DNA of 64,000 nucleotides from Okamejei kenojei (GCA_035221665.1 CM069153.1:38874001-38938000); one strand, 5' to 3'; counted from the stretch's first letter, positions 50,177-64,000 are shown. The notes: generated from the sequence alone by a model not told the origin. Numbers and translations are program-made.

Positions 50177-53100
50177 GTATGTACACAGACATACACATCT
50201 CTTAAAGCAGAGATCGTATCCACGCAACGTTATTTACTTAAAAACGCAATAAAACCCAATCAATACCAGACTTTAAAGTCAGGATCCATTGATGAGACGC
50301 GTCAAAATTGGGGATATATTTAATATGAAATGAGCATTGATGTTATCTATTTGAAAACATATTTCAAAGAAGCTGTGGGCAGTTCCGGGACTTTACACGC
50401 TGCTGTCCTCATTTGCTACACCCAGTAGCCGTGCGGTTGGGAACCATCGCTTCTCCTGGCATAGATCTATCTGCCCTCCTCACGCCACATCCGTCGCTGA
50501 TTTATTGAGGTGTTTTGCTAAGTCCCGAATATCCACCGCATCTCCCGATTCCTTCAAATGAAATGGGTTTTCGGGATGATCTTAGAATTGTATTTGTTGA
50601 CACTTTCTCAACCAAAAATATCACGATGAAAAAAAAAAATATATATTCTACACTGAGATCTCACGCCTGTTAAACGTGGCGTGAGCCGCGTTGCCAGTTT
50701 CGAGTGCGAATGACCGCTTTCGGTACTAACGCCGTTTCTTGGTCTTAATGTGGCCCATTAAAAGGATAGAGCTTCTGCTTACTCGTTCAGACACACACAA
50801 ACCCAGGCGTATCTAGTTTGGGAATTAAAAGCACGGAATGCAACATAACCGTCCAAATAGTGAAGTCATTTGCTCAATTAAAAAAAAAAAAAAATCTAGT
50901 CATTACAAATTAAAACCCCGCCATTGAAGCCTTAATTCACTTCGTGCCCCTTTGCTGCATTGCACTTATTATGGACAACGAGGCGTTTCCTAGAGAATTA
51001 TTAACGTTGCTGGAAAATACTTGATACCATTCGAGCGAGAATCTTCGCAGAGTCCGTAAGAATGTCAAGAAATACTTGAGAGAGCGACCGCAGCCACGGA
51101 CGCCGATATCTTCCTTGAACAGCGGAGACTGCGACTTGAAATGAACGTGGCGTCATTTCCAAACGCACACTTTCATTCCGAGGGCAGCTTGCCCTGAGTG
51201 GACGGGGTCAGCGTGCATCTCTCACATTGCGGTGAAAACACCCAAGCACAACCGCACTCTTAAGGTAAAGTCGTTTTTATATTAAAAAAAAAATGACGAC
51301 TTTGGCTGAAACTAAATACATTAAACGCGACGCTCGCCATTCTTAATTCTTCTGGGCTCTTGAATCCAACTCGAGGATTAAACGAGAGATTCTGAAAGTG
51401 TATTACAACTGGCCGTCTCTTTCTGTTGTTGAAACATTCAGCATTTATCCCTTAATCATGCCTTTCATTTACAATTACTCTGCTTCCTTTGGAAGCACGG
51501 CCCGAGCCTCGCTCACTTGGGGCATACAACCTTGCAAACTCTTAATGTCCCCGAAGCAGGATTTTGAAGCTTTTCAATGTACCCTGCACTCTTGAGGCCA
51601 AACTGTATGGTGGGAGTCAACGCATAAGCAGATATCGCTTCTAAATGAAAGGTACTGTCTGAAATTAGACAGTAGAGGCTGCGGAACGCCTTGGGATTTA
51701 ATTGCTGCTGTAGTGAGCTCACAGATACGCAAACAGGGCGATGGTTTGTAGGGAGGTTGCCTGTTAGTGGACGTTTCTTCCTCGGATTATTAATTCAAAC
51801 TCCAAAGAAATTAACTTTCGAGCGCTAACTAATTGGACGACTTGTTAAGCAAGAAGCAATCCCCTCAAATGCCGCGGACCGGTTCTGATTTAAAGGAAGC
51901 CATATATCTTATAATATGTATTAAGAGAAAAGAAACACTCCTTGATTAAAACCGAAATGTTCCTTCCTGTTAAAATCTTTACTGCTTTTAGGGTAAATCC
52001 CGAGCGTGTTCAAGCTGTTAGAATCCTTTCTGCTGTATCCCGTCGAGATGGCCGATGCACCGAAGTGCTAATTTGAAATTTTCTTTGGAAAATTCTGTTT
52101 TTTTTTAAAAGAGCGAGGACTCGGCGGCTGCTGAAGCTTTGGAGCTTGTGTATTGTGCTGGCTTTGAATTGAGATCCCCGCCTTCTCTAATCTTACTATT
52201 TATTTACTCTGCAGCTCCCGCTGATCTTTATTCACTCAGTCTGTTTAGAAAAGCATCGGCTGTTTTATTTTCTCTCTCATTTACAACAACCTCCCCTTTC
52301 CCCCTATATATCTAATTTAAAGGGGCTTTAATGAGCAGAGTTTTCTATTGGTTTCTATCGATGCAACTTAATCGGCGCATTATTTTTATATAACGTGGAA
52401 AGAAAACACATGCTTTCAACTTGCATTTACAAACTGACCAGACTGGGAATATTAAACTGCATTTCTTTTCCTTTCAAATCTCCATCATTCCAATGGTAAA
52501 TCGACTCACACAGAAACGGTGGGTTTAGTTTTGCATCGTGTGCGATTAAAATGCTCAGTTTTAAAATTTGTAGCAAAACGTAAACTTTTTTTGGTTACTG
52601 TAACCGACAGTTTACATTACGGGATAACATGGATACAGCGTGCAGCAGTCAGCGCTTTACTCTCCACAGTGTTTAAACATGTACTAAGGAAGGGGCTGTG
52701 GACTTTAATCATTTGTAATCCAATCCATCCACTTATTCATATTAGTAAATTAATTGTAAAATTGTTTTACAGCAAAAGCACAATTATGTTGGAGGAAAGG
52801 TTTTTTTTTTTCCCCCAATGTACAAGATTTTCATTGTAGGGGTATTGGTGGTGGCAGTCAGCGTGTAGTTCGGAGAAATTCTCAACTTCTCAAAGTGATT
52901 GCAACAATTGAGGGCAGTGGTCGATTTCTTTAACATAACTAACGCTCCTCCGAAGGCAAACGAGAAGTAAATGACAAAATAAGTTCCTAAGATTTTTAGT
53001 TATTTTGTTTTTAAATAACGACAGTGGTCTCACTTTTCTTGAGGAAAAATGTAAACGGTATTATAGCCTGTACACCCACCTTTTTGATGTCTGATTTCTA

Positions 53101-56100
53101 TGTACAACTTATGATCAACGCATGTTTACATTTTGTTTTTGCTGTGCTTGAATCAGTTTGGATATTAAGAAAATAATATCTTAATATAATATATAAATAA
53201 TATAAGAATGAAAAATAAAGTTTGCTTAGGCATTCCTTACAAGGTATGTGCATGGTAAACTGAATGGGGTGTTCAAAAATTACCTCAGGTTTATGAACAT
53301 TTTGCAACTTGAAAGTATTTCCAAATATGACATTTCAAAATCAGCTCATTTTGTTATTGGTTTCCTTTTTTAAAAAAAAAATTATTGGGCATTGGTAATT
53401 GTATTTTTTTTTTTGTCATCAGTAATTTAGCTCTTGCCATTATTCCACTGATTTTCTTCATGCCCTCTGACGGTGAGAGGGCATGTGTAAGAACACAGTG
53501 ACAGTTTGTGTGGAGAAATACAAAGCAGAAGAGAACGCTTTGTGCAATGATTACACATTGAGCATCTAATATTTTGAACACTTTCTATATCTTTCTATTG
53601 TAATTACATTTCCACGGGAATGCTGCTTTCATTATTTGCCAACTAATCACCTGTGACAGTACATTAATAGTAATTAACTGAGTACAGTGTAGTTGGGGGC
53701 ATGCAGGGGATGTGGAAGGTGCAATATTTTTTAAGAACATTTTTGAAGACATATTTTTCACTTGGTTTTGATTATCACTGCTGCTGATTTGCTGAAGTCA
53801 TCTTAGAATTGGTGATTAACGTGCAAAAAAATAATATTCTTGTTGATATTCTGTATCTTTTCCCCCAAACTCTGTCCCCATTACCACTTTTGTGAATTTA
53901 TGTATCACAAAACAGATTTCAGGGAAAACCTCCATCCTATGGATATTATAAACTTGAATGAAAGATGGGAAACAAAGCCATTATCTTTCAGAAATGTTAT
54001 TAAAATACATTTTAGCAGTTATATCAGCTATTTTTTACTTGGTTTTTACAATTAAGAATGTTTGTCGGAATCTGAAGATAATTTCAAGTTGTGCTGAGTG
54101 TGTTTTGATGTGCAAATGGAGTGTTTGAATTGAACTGACGTGGATGCTCGAAATTGTTTTTGCAATTACATCGAGGGCTGATCTGCATTGTAATTTTGGG
54201 TGAACTGCATTGGAGTTGTGCCGGTCATTTTTCTGCATGCTGCATTGGTCGATGCATCATCGCAGCTGCATTTGGTGTGTGCTGCGGGTGCATTGCTGGC
54301 GATTCTGCTGGGATCTTTCTGTCAGTAACTGTTCTGCAACCTTGTTGGAACCCAGGCAACCGATTGCATAATCATCTACCACATATCACACGACATGTAG
54401 AGCACATAAAGTATTCATTGACATAAAACACCTAATACTGTTAGACCTATTATGCTGTGGTTTTCCTTGGGGGCCAGAGTGACCGACTATTTGATTTAGA
54501 GTGTTTACATGAATGTGATTTGAATGACTTTGATTTGCAGCTGGTTTTAAGCTAGCATCAGGAAATGAACATTTTTATTCCAACCCAAGTCAGGGGTAAA
54601 TAACGCTGCACTGTTTGCACTTTTAGTTTTATTGGGATCCAGTTAGCAGATCGGAGCATAGATTTATAGTTGTGGCATAAATGATGCGTAATGTTTCTCT
54701 GATGACTTGTGAATAAATGGTACAAAGCCATAGAGATTAGGAAGGGCTCAGTTTGATCTTTTGTCTCCACTGAATTAATTGTTCTCAGCCGGTGGTGGGG
54801 CTGTGGGAGATGCAGTTGGCCTCACTATCTCTGAACCAGGAGAGGGGGTATCTGCCAGCGAGCCCATTCATGCACTCGCCGATGGCCCCACTTGGACAGC
54901 ACTGGTGGGTGGAAGGAAGAATTGAGCTCAGTTGGTCGCCCCTGATTGTTAAACGGATTGCAAACACTCATCGTGTTGGTGAATGCCGATATTCATTGTG
55001 TAGGGTGGCATCTTGGGAGAGGTACCAGAGGATTGGCAGTGTCAGGAAAGGCCCCCGTGATAAGGAGAGTAAACGTGAAAGCAGATGGAAGTTTTAGACT
55101 GCACTGTTCAATTCTACATACTGAATTAAAGCCAAATGATTCTCCTTTGAATAGTTCCTTAAATTACACTTGCTAAACTTTATATGTAATAGTAATTGTT
55201 TCATGTCCTGTATCCACTGTGTCAAGTTGATACCATTTTTAATGGTGTTTGGCCAGAAACAGTAAGATCTTGCCTCAATTCTAGTGTGGATCGTTATTTA
55301 GGAGGGGGTTCCTCCGGTTTAAACCCATGCCCATGCAGAAAACCCCCCACAATTGTTCGGCAATCATTTCAGTCGGTTTGGTTTGGATGCAGGAACTTAA
55401 TTCAGAAGAAGTTCGGGACATATGGATAGTGGGAAGGCTGGAGGCATATGTGAAAAGAGATTGGGGAGCGTGATCCCCAGGAGTTAGTTGCTTCCTCATC
55501 AGTGACATGGATGTGGAAGTCGGGTCCAGGTTTGGGAACAACAGTCTATCTATGTCTGTTGGCAATTTCCCTTGTTCAGATACAAAAGGCAACAAGTCAA
55601 GAAGGGAAACAAAGTCTTTGTGTAAATGTACTTTCCTGTGTGTGCTGGATAGATTGGCTAATGTTGAGGGAAGTAAGCCTGTAACATGCAGTATTGGGGA
55701 AGGATAAATGGGGAAAAAAAGAGACTAGGTAGGGCTCTCTGTGAAGCATAGTGGGGGATATTGGATCTTAAAGGAAGTATTCTGTAAACAATTGGAAGAT
55801 CGGGTGAATACATTTATAATTCTTGTTCCCAAATTGTGAAAAGTATTGTATAATGTATTTCAGTCCATTTTGTTAGCCGTATTAGTATATGATTGGACAA
55901 GTAGAAATAGTTATCTCGGGGAAATGTATTTGTCAACATTTTTCTCTTCAATTGAGAAATGCTGATTTTAAAGAATATAATTAATCTTATTCAGGCCCTC
56001 AGTGCCGGCAATAGCTTTTCCACTCAATAGTAAGGCAAACCTATGCAAGGGATGTTCCTACCATGCTGCCAAACAATGATGCTCACCCCCACAAGCAGGG

Positions 56101-56156
56101 ATACATTTTAATCCAGAACAAGATGCCATTTTAAAAATTCATTGACTCCCAATCTA

Positions 56157-56428
56157 TGGACCGAGATGAGAAAATCGTTCTTCACACAGAGAGTGGTGAA
56201 TCTGTGGAATTCTCTGCCACAGAAGGTAGTTGAGGCCAGTTCGTTGGCCATATTTAAGAGGGAGTTGGATGTGGCCCTTGTGGCTGAAGGGATCAGGGGG
56301 TATGGAGGGAAGGCAGGTACAGGATACTGAGTTGGATGATCAGCCATGATCATATTGAATGGCGGTGCAGGCTCGAAGGGCCAAATGGCCTACTCCTGCG
56401 CCTAATTTCTATGTTTCTATGTTTCTAT
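56157..56428 (+). mobile_element. Young CR1 3' end
   Basis: Highly similar to 10155-10415; (tttctatg)n tail. Confidence 0.9.
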
Positions 56429-56602
56429 CTTAATGGCTATTTCAAAAATAGTGCTGCATCAGGAAGAACTTTGCGCTAGAATGTCCATATTCACTAAGAA
56501 TTGAAGCAAGGTTCTTCTAAGACGATTTCCATTGTATCTCTTGAAGCCAGTTCTCATCAGTACCCTGGGCATGATTGATGTTCAGGCAGGTACATGGATC
56601 TT

Positions 56603-56737
56603 GGTGTAGGAAGGATTTGCAGGTGCTGGTTTAAGCTGAAGATAGACACAAAAAACTGGAGTAATTCAGCGGGACAGGCAGCATCTCTGGAGAGAAGGAA
56701 TGGGTGATGTTTCCGGTCGAGACCCTTCTTCAAACAT
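56603..56737 (-). mobile_element. Penelope-like short copy with 12-bp TSD
   Basis: tacatggatctt at 56591-56602 and 56738-56749. Confidence 0.88.
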
Positions 56738-56851
56738 TACATGGATCTTAGTCACAGATTGGCAAATTGTGTGATTGGATGGCAGAACAATCTCAAGAGG
56801 TGAACTGGCCAATTCTGGACTACTTTAAAGAAGTAAAAGTTCATTAGATGG

Positions 56852-57027
56852 AAGATAAACACAAAATGCTGGAGTAACTCAGCGGGTCAGGCAGCATCTC
56901 TGGAGAAAAAGAAAGGTGACTTTTGGGTTGTGACACTTAGTCTGAAGAAGTGTTTCGACCCGAAAGGTCATCTTTTCTCCAGAGATGCTGCCTGACCCAC
57001 TGAGTTACTCCAGCATTTTGTGTCTAT
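56852..57027. mobile_element. Penelope-like inverted pair
   Basis: acacaaaatgctggagtaactcag...ctgagttactccagcattttgtgt. Confidence 0.85.
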
Positions 57028-57294
57028 TGTTGAAGCAAGTCAGCATCTTCATTTGATGGTGTACTCAGATCTTAGAGGATTTTCTGTTCTTGAGACAGGA
57101 TAGAATTTTTTCCCAAAGCAAGGTAATTGGAAGTGAAAATTTATTGTGAAGCAACTAGTTGAAAAAATAACAAAAGTTAAAAGTAATAAGTCTCACCAGT
57201 TCAAAAGAACGTAGAACGTTGACAACCACAAAACCTATTACCCTGATATATAGATTACAGTAGAGCAATAAGCCATTGGTTCGCCTGGTCTATG

Positions 57295-57490
57295 TTTAGT
57301 TTATTGTCACTGTACCAGCTTTTGTTACTGAAAAGCTTTTGTTGCCTGCTAACCAGTCAACAGAAAGACATTATTACAATCGAGCCACCCACAGTGTAAA
57401 TATACATGATAAATGGAATAACTTTTAGTGCAAGATAATGTCCAGTAAAAAGTCTGACTATGATAGTCCGAGGGTCTCCAATGAGGTAGT
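57295..57490 (-). mobile_element. LINE 3' tail (same family as 255-355 and 19300-19430)
   Basis: tttagtttattgtcac...gaaaagcttttgttgc. Confidence 0.6.
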
Positions 57491-60400
57491 CTGTATGTAT
57501 GTTCCATCTCACCCCATCTATTCTGGTGAGCTATAATTGAGGATAGATCCATACACCAAAAAGTCAAGGTTCATTATGGAAGTGTATCTAAATATGGGAA
57601 CTGTATACATTTTTAAGGGGGTGAAAAATGATGATAACGTGGGGCAGTAAGGGTGTGCCTGGCACACAGCTTCCCAGCTGATCGGCTAAAAGCTTGTTTC
57701 ATTTAAAATTCAATGCTCTGATGCAAATAGTTTGTTGTTTGGATTAAGTTAACTCTTTTTGTATAATTTTATTTATATAATTTACCTTTGATTCGGATTA
57801 ATGTAAATATTGAGACTTCTGCATTGACTTAATTTGAAGCAAATTTTATTTGCTTGAACATTTCTAAAAGGAATAATCTACTCAAAACAAGCAAAAGCGA
57901 ATCAGTAGAATAGAGCAAAAAAAAAAATTAGTTCTATTGCATTTTATTTATTAAAGAAAAAAGGTATACTTCTGTTGCAAAAGCAGTTCAGAATGAAGTT
58001 AGAATTTAAAAATAGCATTCCTGTCGTTAGCTAGGTGCTGTCTGAAGTGTGCATAGAGGCAGATGGCTAGAAGTGACGTGCAATTGGGATTTCTAATTAC
58101 TCACTGTGGGATATGACTTCAAAATCATTGATAGTGTGACCACTGGATTGAAGTTATGTATTTGAATAGAATCATTGGGACAATGTACCATCAATAAAGA
58201 TAAGTCTGCCTGTTACATTCTTAAACAAAACTGCTGCAAAGTCATATTACAGATGTTTCCGGGAACTATTTGTGTGCCTTTGCTGCGATGTGCATGCCTA
58301 ATGCCAATCAAACACATTTCGTACTTCAAACTTGTGGTCACTCTTAATAACTAACGGATCACTTTTTTGTCCCACCCAAACCGAGTACTCAATATTCAAA
58401 GTATCACTCATTGCTAAACATACTTTGAATTATACTAGAGTGCACTCATGTGGGATGTGTAGAATAAGTTGGGTTCAAAATGTACTGAACATAGGATTAC
58501 CCTTTGTAAAGCTACCCATTGTGATTATTTTTTTTTTCTTCAGATTCATGAATGAAGCTTACAGAAAATGCTCGAGTCACTTCTGACAAAAACGAGAGTA
58601 AAATGAATACACAGCCCAGTGGGTGGTGGTGAATTTTGTCATTACCTGACCTTGGGTGAATGCCTTCATGTCACCAGGAATTTCTTGCTCGCAAGCAGGA
58701 TAGTTTTGTGAACACACTTTTTCTGCCGCTGCATATTCAGTTATAGTAAAGGCAAAACATATCTAATCTGTCACGATAACACAGCGGCAATTTCTTTCAA
58801 AAACTAAACTCGATGAGAATATTATTTGTAACATTGAAGGCACTACCTTAGTTCTCATTATTAATATGCCTCGCCTGGAGATATTTGGACTTTTAGTTTC
58901 CGAGCAAACCTCCTGCAAAGTTGTTTCCTAATCTCCAATTATAAATTACATTTTGTTAAAATATACATTTGCTGGCCACTGAGTAATGTACAACTGACAA
59001 ATGTTTAAGCAAATCCTTACATATAAGTCTTTGACATTTAAAATGTTCATAATATGAATGGAACACCTCATTTACTGCCTTTGGAGATTTGTAACATGAA
59101 ATCCACTGAAATAGTAAGAAAAGCACAAAGTATTTTGCAAAATAATTTTGTGTTCTTCCGACACATAGCCGAAGCTTTGTGCACAGATTAATTCTCCTTG
59201 AATACCCTTGAATTAAAGGTGGAGCTGCCTAGACTCAAATAAAATGTGGGTGTCGTCAAAAAAAGTGTTGTGCCTCGAGAGGAAAATCTAAACGAAAGCT
59301 GGGCACTTTTAAAAAAAATATCTTCTTAGTCAGAAATGCTCTCTTATGTAAAATTGCACATAAGAAAATTTATAGCCTCCCCTTCAGAACTGTGAACAGC
59401 TGATGGTCAAAAGCGCAAAGACAAATTACTCAGGACAAAGTTTAATAATCAAATTTAGGTCTGCAAGTTTCTTGAGACGAGCATGGTTTTTAAGGACCAT
59501 GTCTTTGGCACAAGCTGATGACTTCTAGCCTTAATTATCTGTATTGCACAGGAGATTGCAATTTAATTGTAAATTCTTTTGGTCGTGCACATATTTGTTG
59601 ATAACTTCAGTGTCATTTTCCCTAAAACATTGTGCAACTTGGGTTGGTTTAGGATTTTTGAACGATACCGGACGTAGATCAACCCTATGCGACGCTGAGC
59701 TGTCTTTCGATTACTACATCCAATTATAACGATCACGCATTATAACAAAGTCACTATTCTCCACGCTGCTTTTCAATGCTCAAATGCTTTGCATTAGTTA
59801 CTGAAGAATACCAGTTACAGATTAAAAAAAAAAAAAGAGATGTACAATGTTCACAGAGTTCTATATTTGTTAAATAAAATTGATTATAGTTATATAAAAA
59901 ATCGCAAAACAATTTAAAACAGTTTAGTCCGTTTCTTTATTTTTGTAAAATTATTTCCTCTTGTCTGAAGGCCGTGATTCTTAACGGGAGTCAATTTCAC
60001 GAGTGCTGTGTACCTTTGGCACTTCATTTACTGGTGCAAAAGCCTTGACAGTGAGTCTATTTAACCCCAGGGTAGAGACCGTTTCTGTCTGGTTCTGCAT
60101 ATAGTCACATACGGCTGTGGTTTAGTGGATCGAGACCAGGTGCAGGTACCTAGGCTGACACTGTCTTCTCTGATCTAGGGCATTGAGGGCAATTGTTACA
60201 TGCCCCAAGAACAGTTAACTCAGCGCAGATCTGTGTCACTTATTAAGCTCCCTGTGTCTACGGAGCCTGGATAGCTTTCCATTTTGTAATTTAATTTAAA
60301 ATTATAAAGCCTTCAATTTTTTTGTTTTTGTTTTTGAACAGACCAAATCTGTAAACATTTGATGGTCTGTAAAACCTTGTGAATTTAACAATCCCGTGAT

Positions 60401-63400
60401 GTCAAGTTAGCCAAGATGATGAAATAAATTGTACAAACACGCTATCCCTTCCTTTGTAATAAAAAAAATGTGGTAATAGTGAAGATTCTTAACTGGCAGT
60501 GCATTTTGTTTTGTGTCTTTTGCATTTCTCTTTGATACTCTGTGATTCAGTCGTGCGGTAGAGCAAAGGAGGACGGGTTCAGGCTTGCTTCATTCCACGG
60601 CAGATGTGAAGCCTGTCCAGGTTTCAGGCGATAATTATGGCTTTGAACAGGTCTCGCAGATGACATAATTAGAACTGAAAATATAAACATTTTAAAATGT
60701 CTAACAAGTCATTATTTCTGTCAACAATGCGGCTAATTTTATTTTTTAATCAATACAAAGTGGCAAATGACCACATTTGCTAATGTGATGATGCAAAACA
60801 CAAATAGCCTCGGCCCTTTGTTTTCAAAGGTATGCGTTTCTTTCCCTTGGGTTCCCTTTTAAAGATATAGCTTCAGAAAATGACATTCTTTGCCAACTGT
60901 ATGAATCTCTCTAATTGGTGTCTGAGCATCATTCCTTGCATTAGCCAGCGACTACTGAATATCTGAACCTACATGCAGAGAGATACCTATTTGCCCTATT
61001 TGTCAACCAGCCCACTTGAAGAGAATAAACATAGGGGTTAAAACGCTGAGCGAAGGAAAATATTATCCAAAATGTTTTAGACCATTATCTTTCTGTCGGT
61101 AATTGTTTAAATTGTGATCTAATGTTATGATCCTCTGATCCATTTTTGGTAATAAAATGTTAAGAGAAAATGAGAAAAAAAAATTGTGACATGGTGTTCA
61201 ACTCTGCTCGAATTGCCACTCCTGGAGACTTTGGTCATTTGCTGTTTTGATTTGATTAATAACTAATTAGCTACTTTACTGACCCAAATAATTACTTTCA
61301 TCCTTTAGTTTGTTTTTATATGTGAAGAATTTGATTTTTGTCGACGTTTTGTGATCCACCATTTGCATCGTAAATGCATACATGATATATAAAACATGAC
61401 AATAGGTGTGATTTAATAGACACGTTTCTGGTGTTCGTTTTATTCATTCACCCCGAGCAGAAGCTCCAAACATAGAAAATTAAGCAAATGTGGGAAGTGG
61501 GAAACCTTTAAAAGATGTTCACGGCTCAATAAACATTAAGTACAATGGAGACATTACCGTGAAAAGTGGTTGTAAACACCTGTTGTTGGTCAATCAAGTT
61601 GTGCTTCATGTTGAATATAGTTCGGAAGCTTATTATAAAATTGATTTTTTTTCCCTGCCCTGCAAAGTGGTTTGAGCTGACAACGTTTGTGACCATCAGA
61701 CAATTGTGCTAACTTTTTAATGTTTAGCATGTCGTGAACAGCCATTGTTACATATTTTACATGACAGCAAATATGTATATTTATGTCAATGAGGGCTAAT
61801 CAATATACAGGGTGAGTAACTGTGATAATTACCGTCGCTGCAACTCGCAGTGAAATTCAGCTTTAAGATAAATAGGAAAATATAAACGCTGCCCTCTGCT
61901 TCTTTCCTTTCCCTTCCAACCATGAATTCACAACCTTATTCATGCATTTCCACCAACATATATTAATGGGAAATGCTGGAGTTCAATATTGGACCAGAAA
62001 ATGAGACCCTTTAAAGAGAGCCCATTTGTAAAAACACAACAAGATATGATTATTTAGTGTTTTGCATTTCACAATGCACATTGTGGAATTGTATTTGCTG
62101 TACAATCTTCAGTTAGTTTGATAGTTTAATATTTATTTCATAAATGCATCGGCACTTCACATATGCAATTGTGAATAAACTACTTCAGAAACTAACTGCA
62201 GCTTTTATTTTCACGTGCAATCTTTGATTGTGTTTTAATGCCATTTTATCATTTGGCTTGTGGTTCTTCTGGTGCAGGTTGTGAATGGAAATTGGTTGCT
62301 CTTGACTAATTGGCTTATCAATTCCTTTTGTGTGCAAACACTGTGCTTATTTTAAAATATAATGTAATATGTGAGAGTTTCAAAAAAATGAAGACAATTG
62401 TCTTGGCAGTATTGCTGTGCCCATTTGAATAAATTAGTTTAACCTTCCCCCGCTCAGCAAAGCTTAAAAAAAAGTTCAGAGTAACCAGCATCAAATAGAT
62501 TTATTTATATGTACATAGGAAGATGTGTCATTGCAAAGCAGAAGCTTGCAGTTACTAATTACAGGTTCTGAACATATTATTATTTGCTATTGGTGCTGTG
62601 AGACCACATTGAGTGTCTTGTATATATTCCAGGAGTAGGAAAATTGGAAAATTACTAAGACACTATGCACGAGACACTGTAAAGAGTGTTAAATGATCCA
62701 CACTTAAAGGAAGAGTTGAACTATGGACCTATTTCCCTCATCCATTTGTGCAGAATAAATGTTATGATAACCAACCCGAAGGATCTCGCACTGGAGTGCT
62801 TTGTATGACATCTTTATACTTTCTTTTAAATTCTTGCATTAGATTGTATTATTTAAAACCCAACAAACTCTGCTAATGCATGCCAGGGAAATTGAACGGA
62901 CAGCTTCATGTTTTGGGATATCAATAGAAACATAAAATAGTGATCTTATTGTATGGGGAATACACAGATTATGATTATGGTTATGAATACCCAAATTTTG
63001 GAGGTGGGGTGTGGCCTCCTGTACGTTGGGTCTGTGTTTGGCTGGTTGACTTCGAGTGCTGCTGTCGCAGGAGGAACTTGGTTTGTGCTGCTGTAAAAGA
63101 TGGACACATTTTGCATCTGGTTTAGAGCTGTCCATTCATCATGCTTCCTTTAATTCCGATCTGTGCCTCACTCCCAAATCATTCCTTTAATTTAGTTATT
63201 TTCGCATTCTGTTTGCAATTAATTTTCTGCTTTATTTAACTTTCCATAATTCACTTTTTTTGTTGTTTCAACTTATTAATGTTGTAAAACAAGTTTGGAA
63301 AAATATCCATGAAGAACACAATTACCATCTGGAAGTAAATTGCATTAGCAGCATTTTGTGTGTTTTCCCAAGTATGTAACACTGCAGTTTCCTTTTCATC

Positions 63401-63761
63401 TTTTCCTTGTTAAAATGTGCCAGCCACACATTAATTTTTTATTTTTTTTTAAAACAAAGCTTTCCAAATATTAACATGTGCTATTTCACTTATAAAATTG
63501 TTGGTGATGCCTTAACAGAAAGGAGGATTGAAATTTGTATTTTTGTTTATATACTGTATGTTGAACGATGTGAAAGGGGATTCATTATTCATGGGTTAAA
63601 ATATGAAAATATGGCCTGTGGGCTTTGACCAGTTTGGATCTGAACTACAAAATAGCAAATGTTCTGCCTGTTTCTGCTGGTGAGCACACAGGTCAGTCAA
63701 CATGCAGATCTCAAGACAATTCTGCTTCCCCGTTGCACAAGGATGATGCACAGACTAACTA

Positions 63762-64000
63762 CCGCGCGCACTCCCACTCCCAACTTCGCGCCCTAACTCC
63801 CTTTCTCGCGCGCCCACTCCCACTTCCCTTTCTCGCGCCCACTCCCAACTCCCACCCTTTCTCGCGCCCACCACCCTTTCTCGCGCACGTTCCCTTTCTT
63901 CCCACTCCCTTTCTCGCACGCCCACTCCCACTCCCTTTCCTCGCCGCCCACTCCCACTCCCTTTCTCGCGCGCCCACTCCCACTCCCTTTCCCACTCGCG
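63762..64000. repeat. Pyrimidine-rich minisatellite, ~26-bp unit cccactcccactccctttctcgcgcg
   Basis: Imperfect tandem copies run to the window edge. Confidence 0.9.

Noticed and set aside
54792-55097. ORF containing PASPFMHS as BAHCC1 exon 3 (human PASSFMGS)
   Set aside because: The flanks do not match, and the nearby acceptor at 54788 puts a phase-1 join in another frame that stops early; likely chance. The true next exon probably lies beyond the window.
59660-59725. Hairpin ggacgtagatc...gattactacatcc as a miRNA precursor
   Set aside because: The stem is too short and imperfect, and no known mature miRNA is recognised.
62940-63125. Tyr/Asp-rich ORF (YGEYTDYDYGYEY) as an exon
   Set aside because: It derives from a short gattat-type repeat, has no clear splice sites and does not resemble BAHCC1.

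Overview
Vertebrate nuclear DNA, almost certainly from an elasmobranch and probably a skate or ray (inferred from HE1-type V-SINEs, HER1/CR1 LINEs and shark-type Penelope-like repeats). Positions ~1-35.4 kb are densely filled with retroelements, with a few TE-free AT-rich islands that look like enhancers. Positions ~35.4-56 kb form a ~20 kb transposon-free, CpG-retaining domain containing the 5' end of BAHCC1 on the + strand: a CCAAT/TALE promoter at ~44.15-44.28 kb, a non-coding first exon, and the first coding exon (46357-46555, [14 protein letters not shown]...[18 protein letters not shown]). The next coding exon was not found, so the rest of the window is read as intron. Best leads: (1) a separate CRE-cluster/TATA promoter with a first exon at 35.6-36.6 kb (alternative BAHCC1 promoter or a Reno1-like lncRNA); (2) a divergent TATA-driven spliced transcript candidate on the - strand of the BAHCC1 promoter; (3) more than 20 short Penelope-derived inserts carrying a minimal hammerhead-ribozyme motif, several with TSDs; (4) an in-frame alternative intronic start exon; (5) uORFs in the leader; (6) an inverted duplication next to the upstream promoter. 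Family and gene assignments rely on recalled sequences, repeat boundaries are approximate (about +/-20 bp), and no database search was run.
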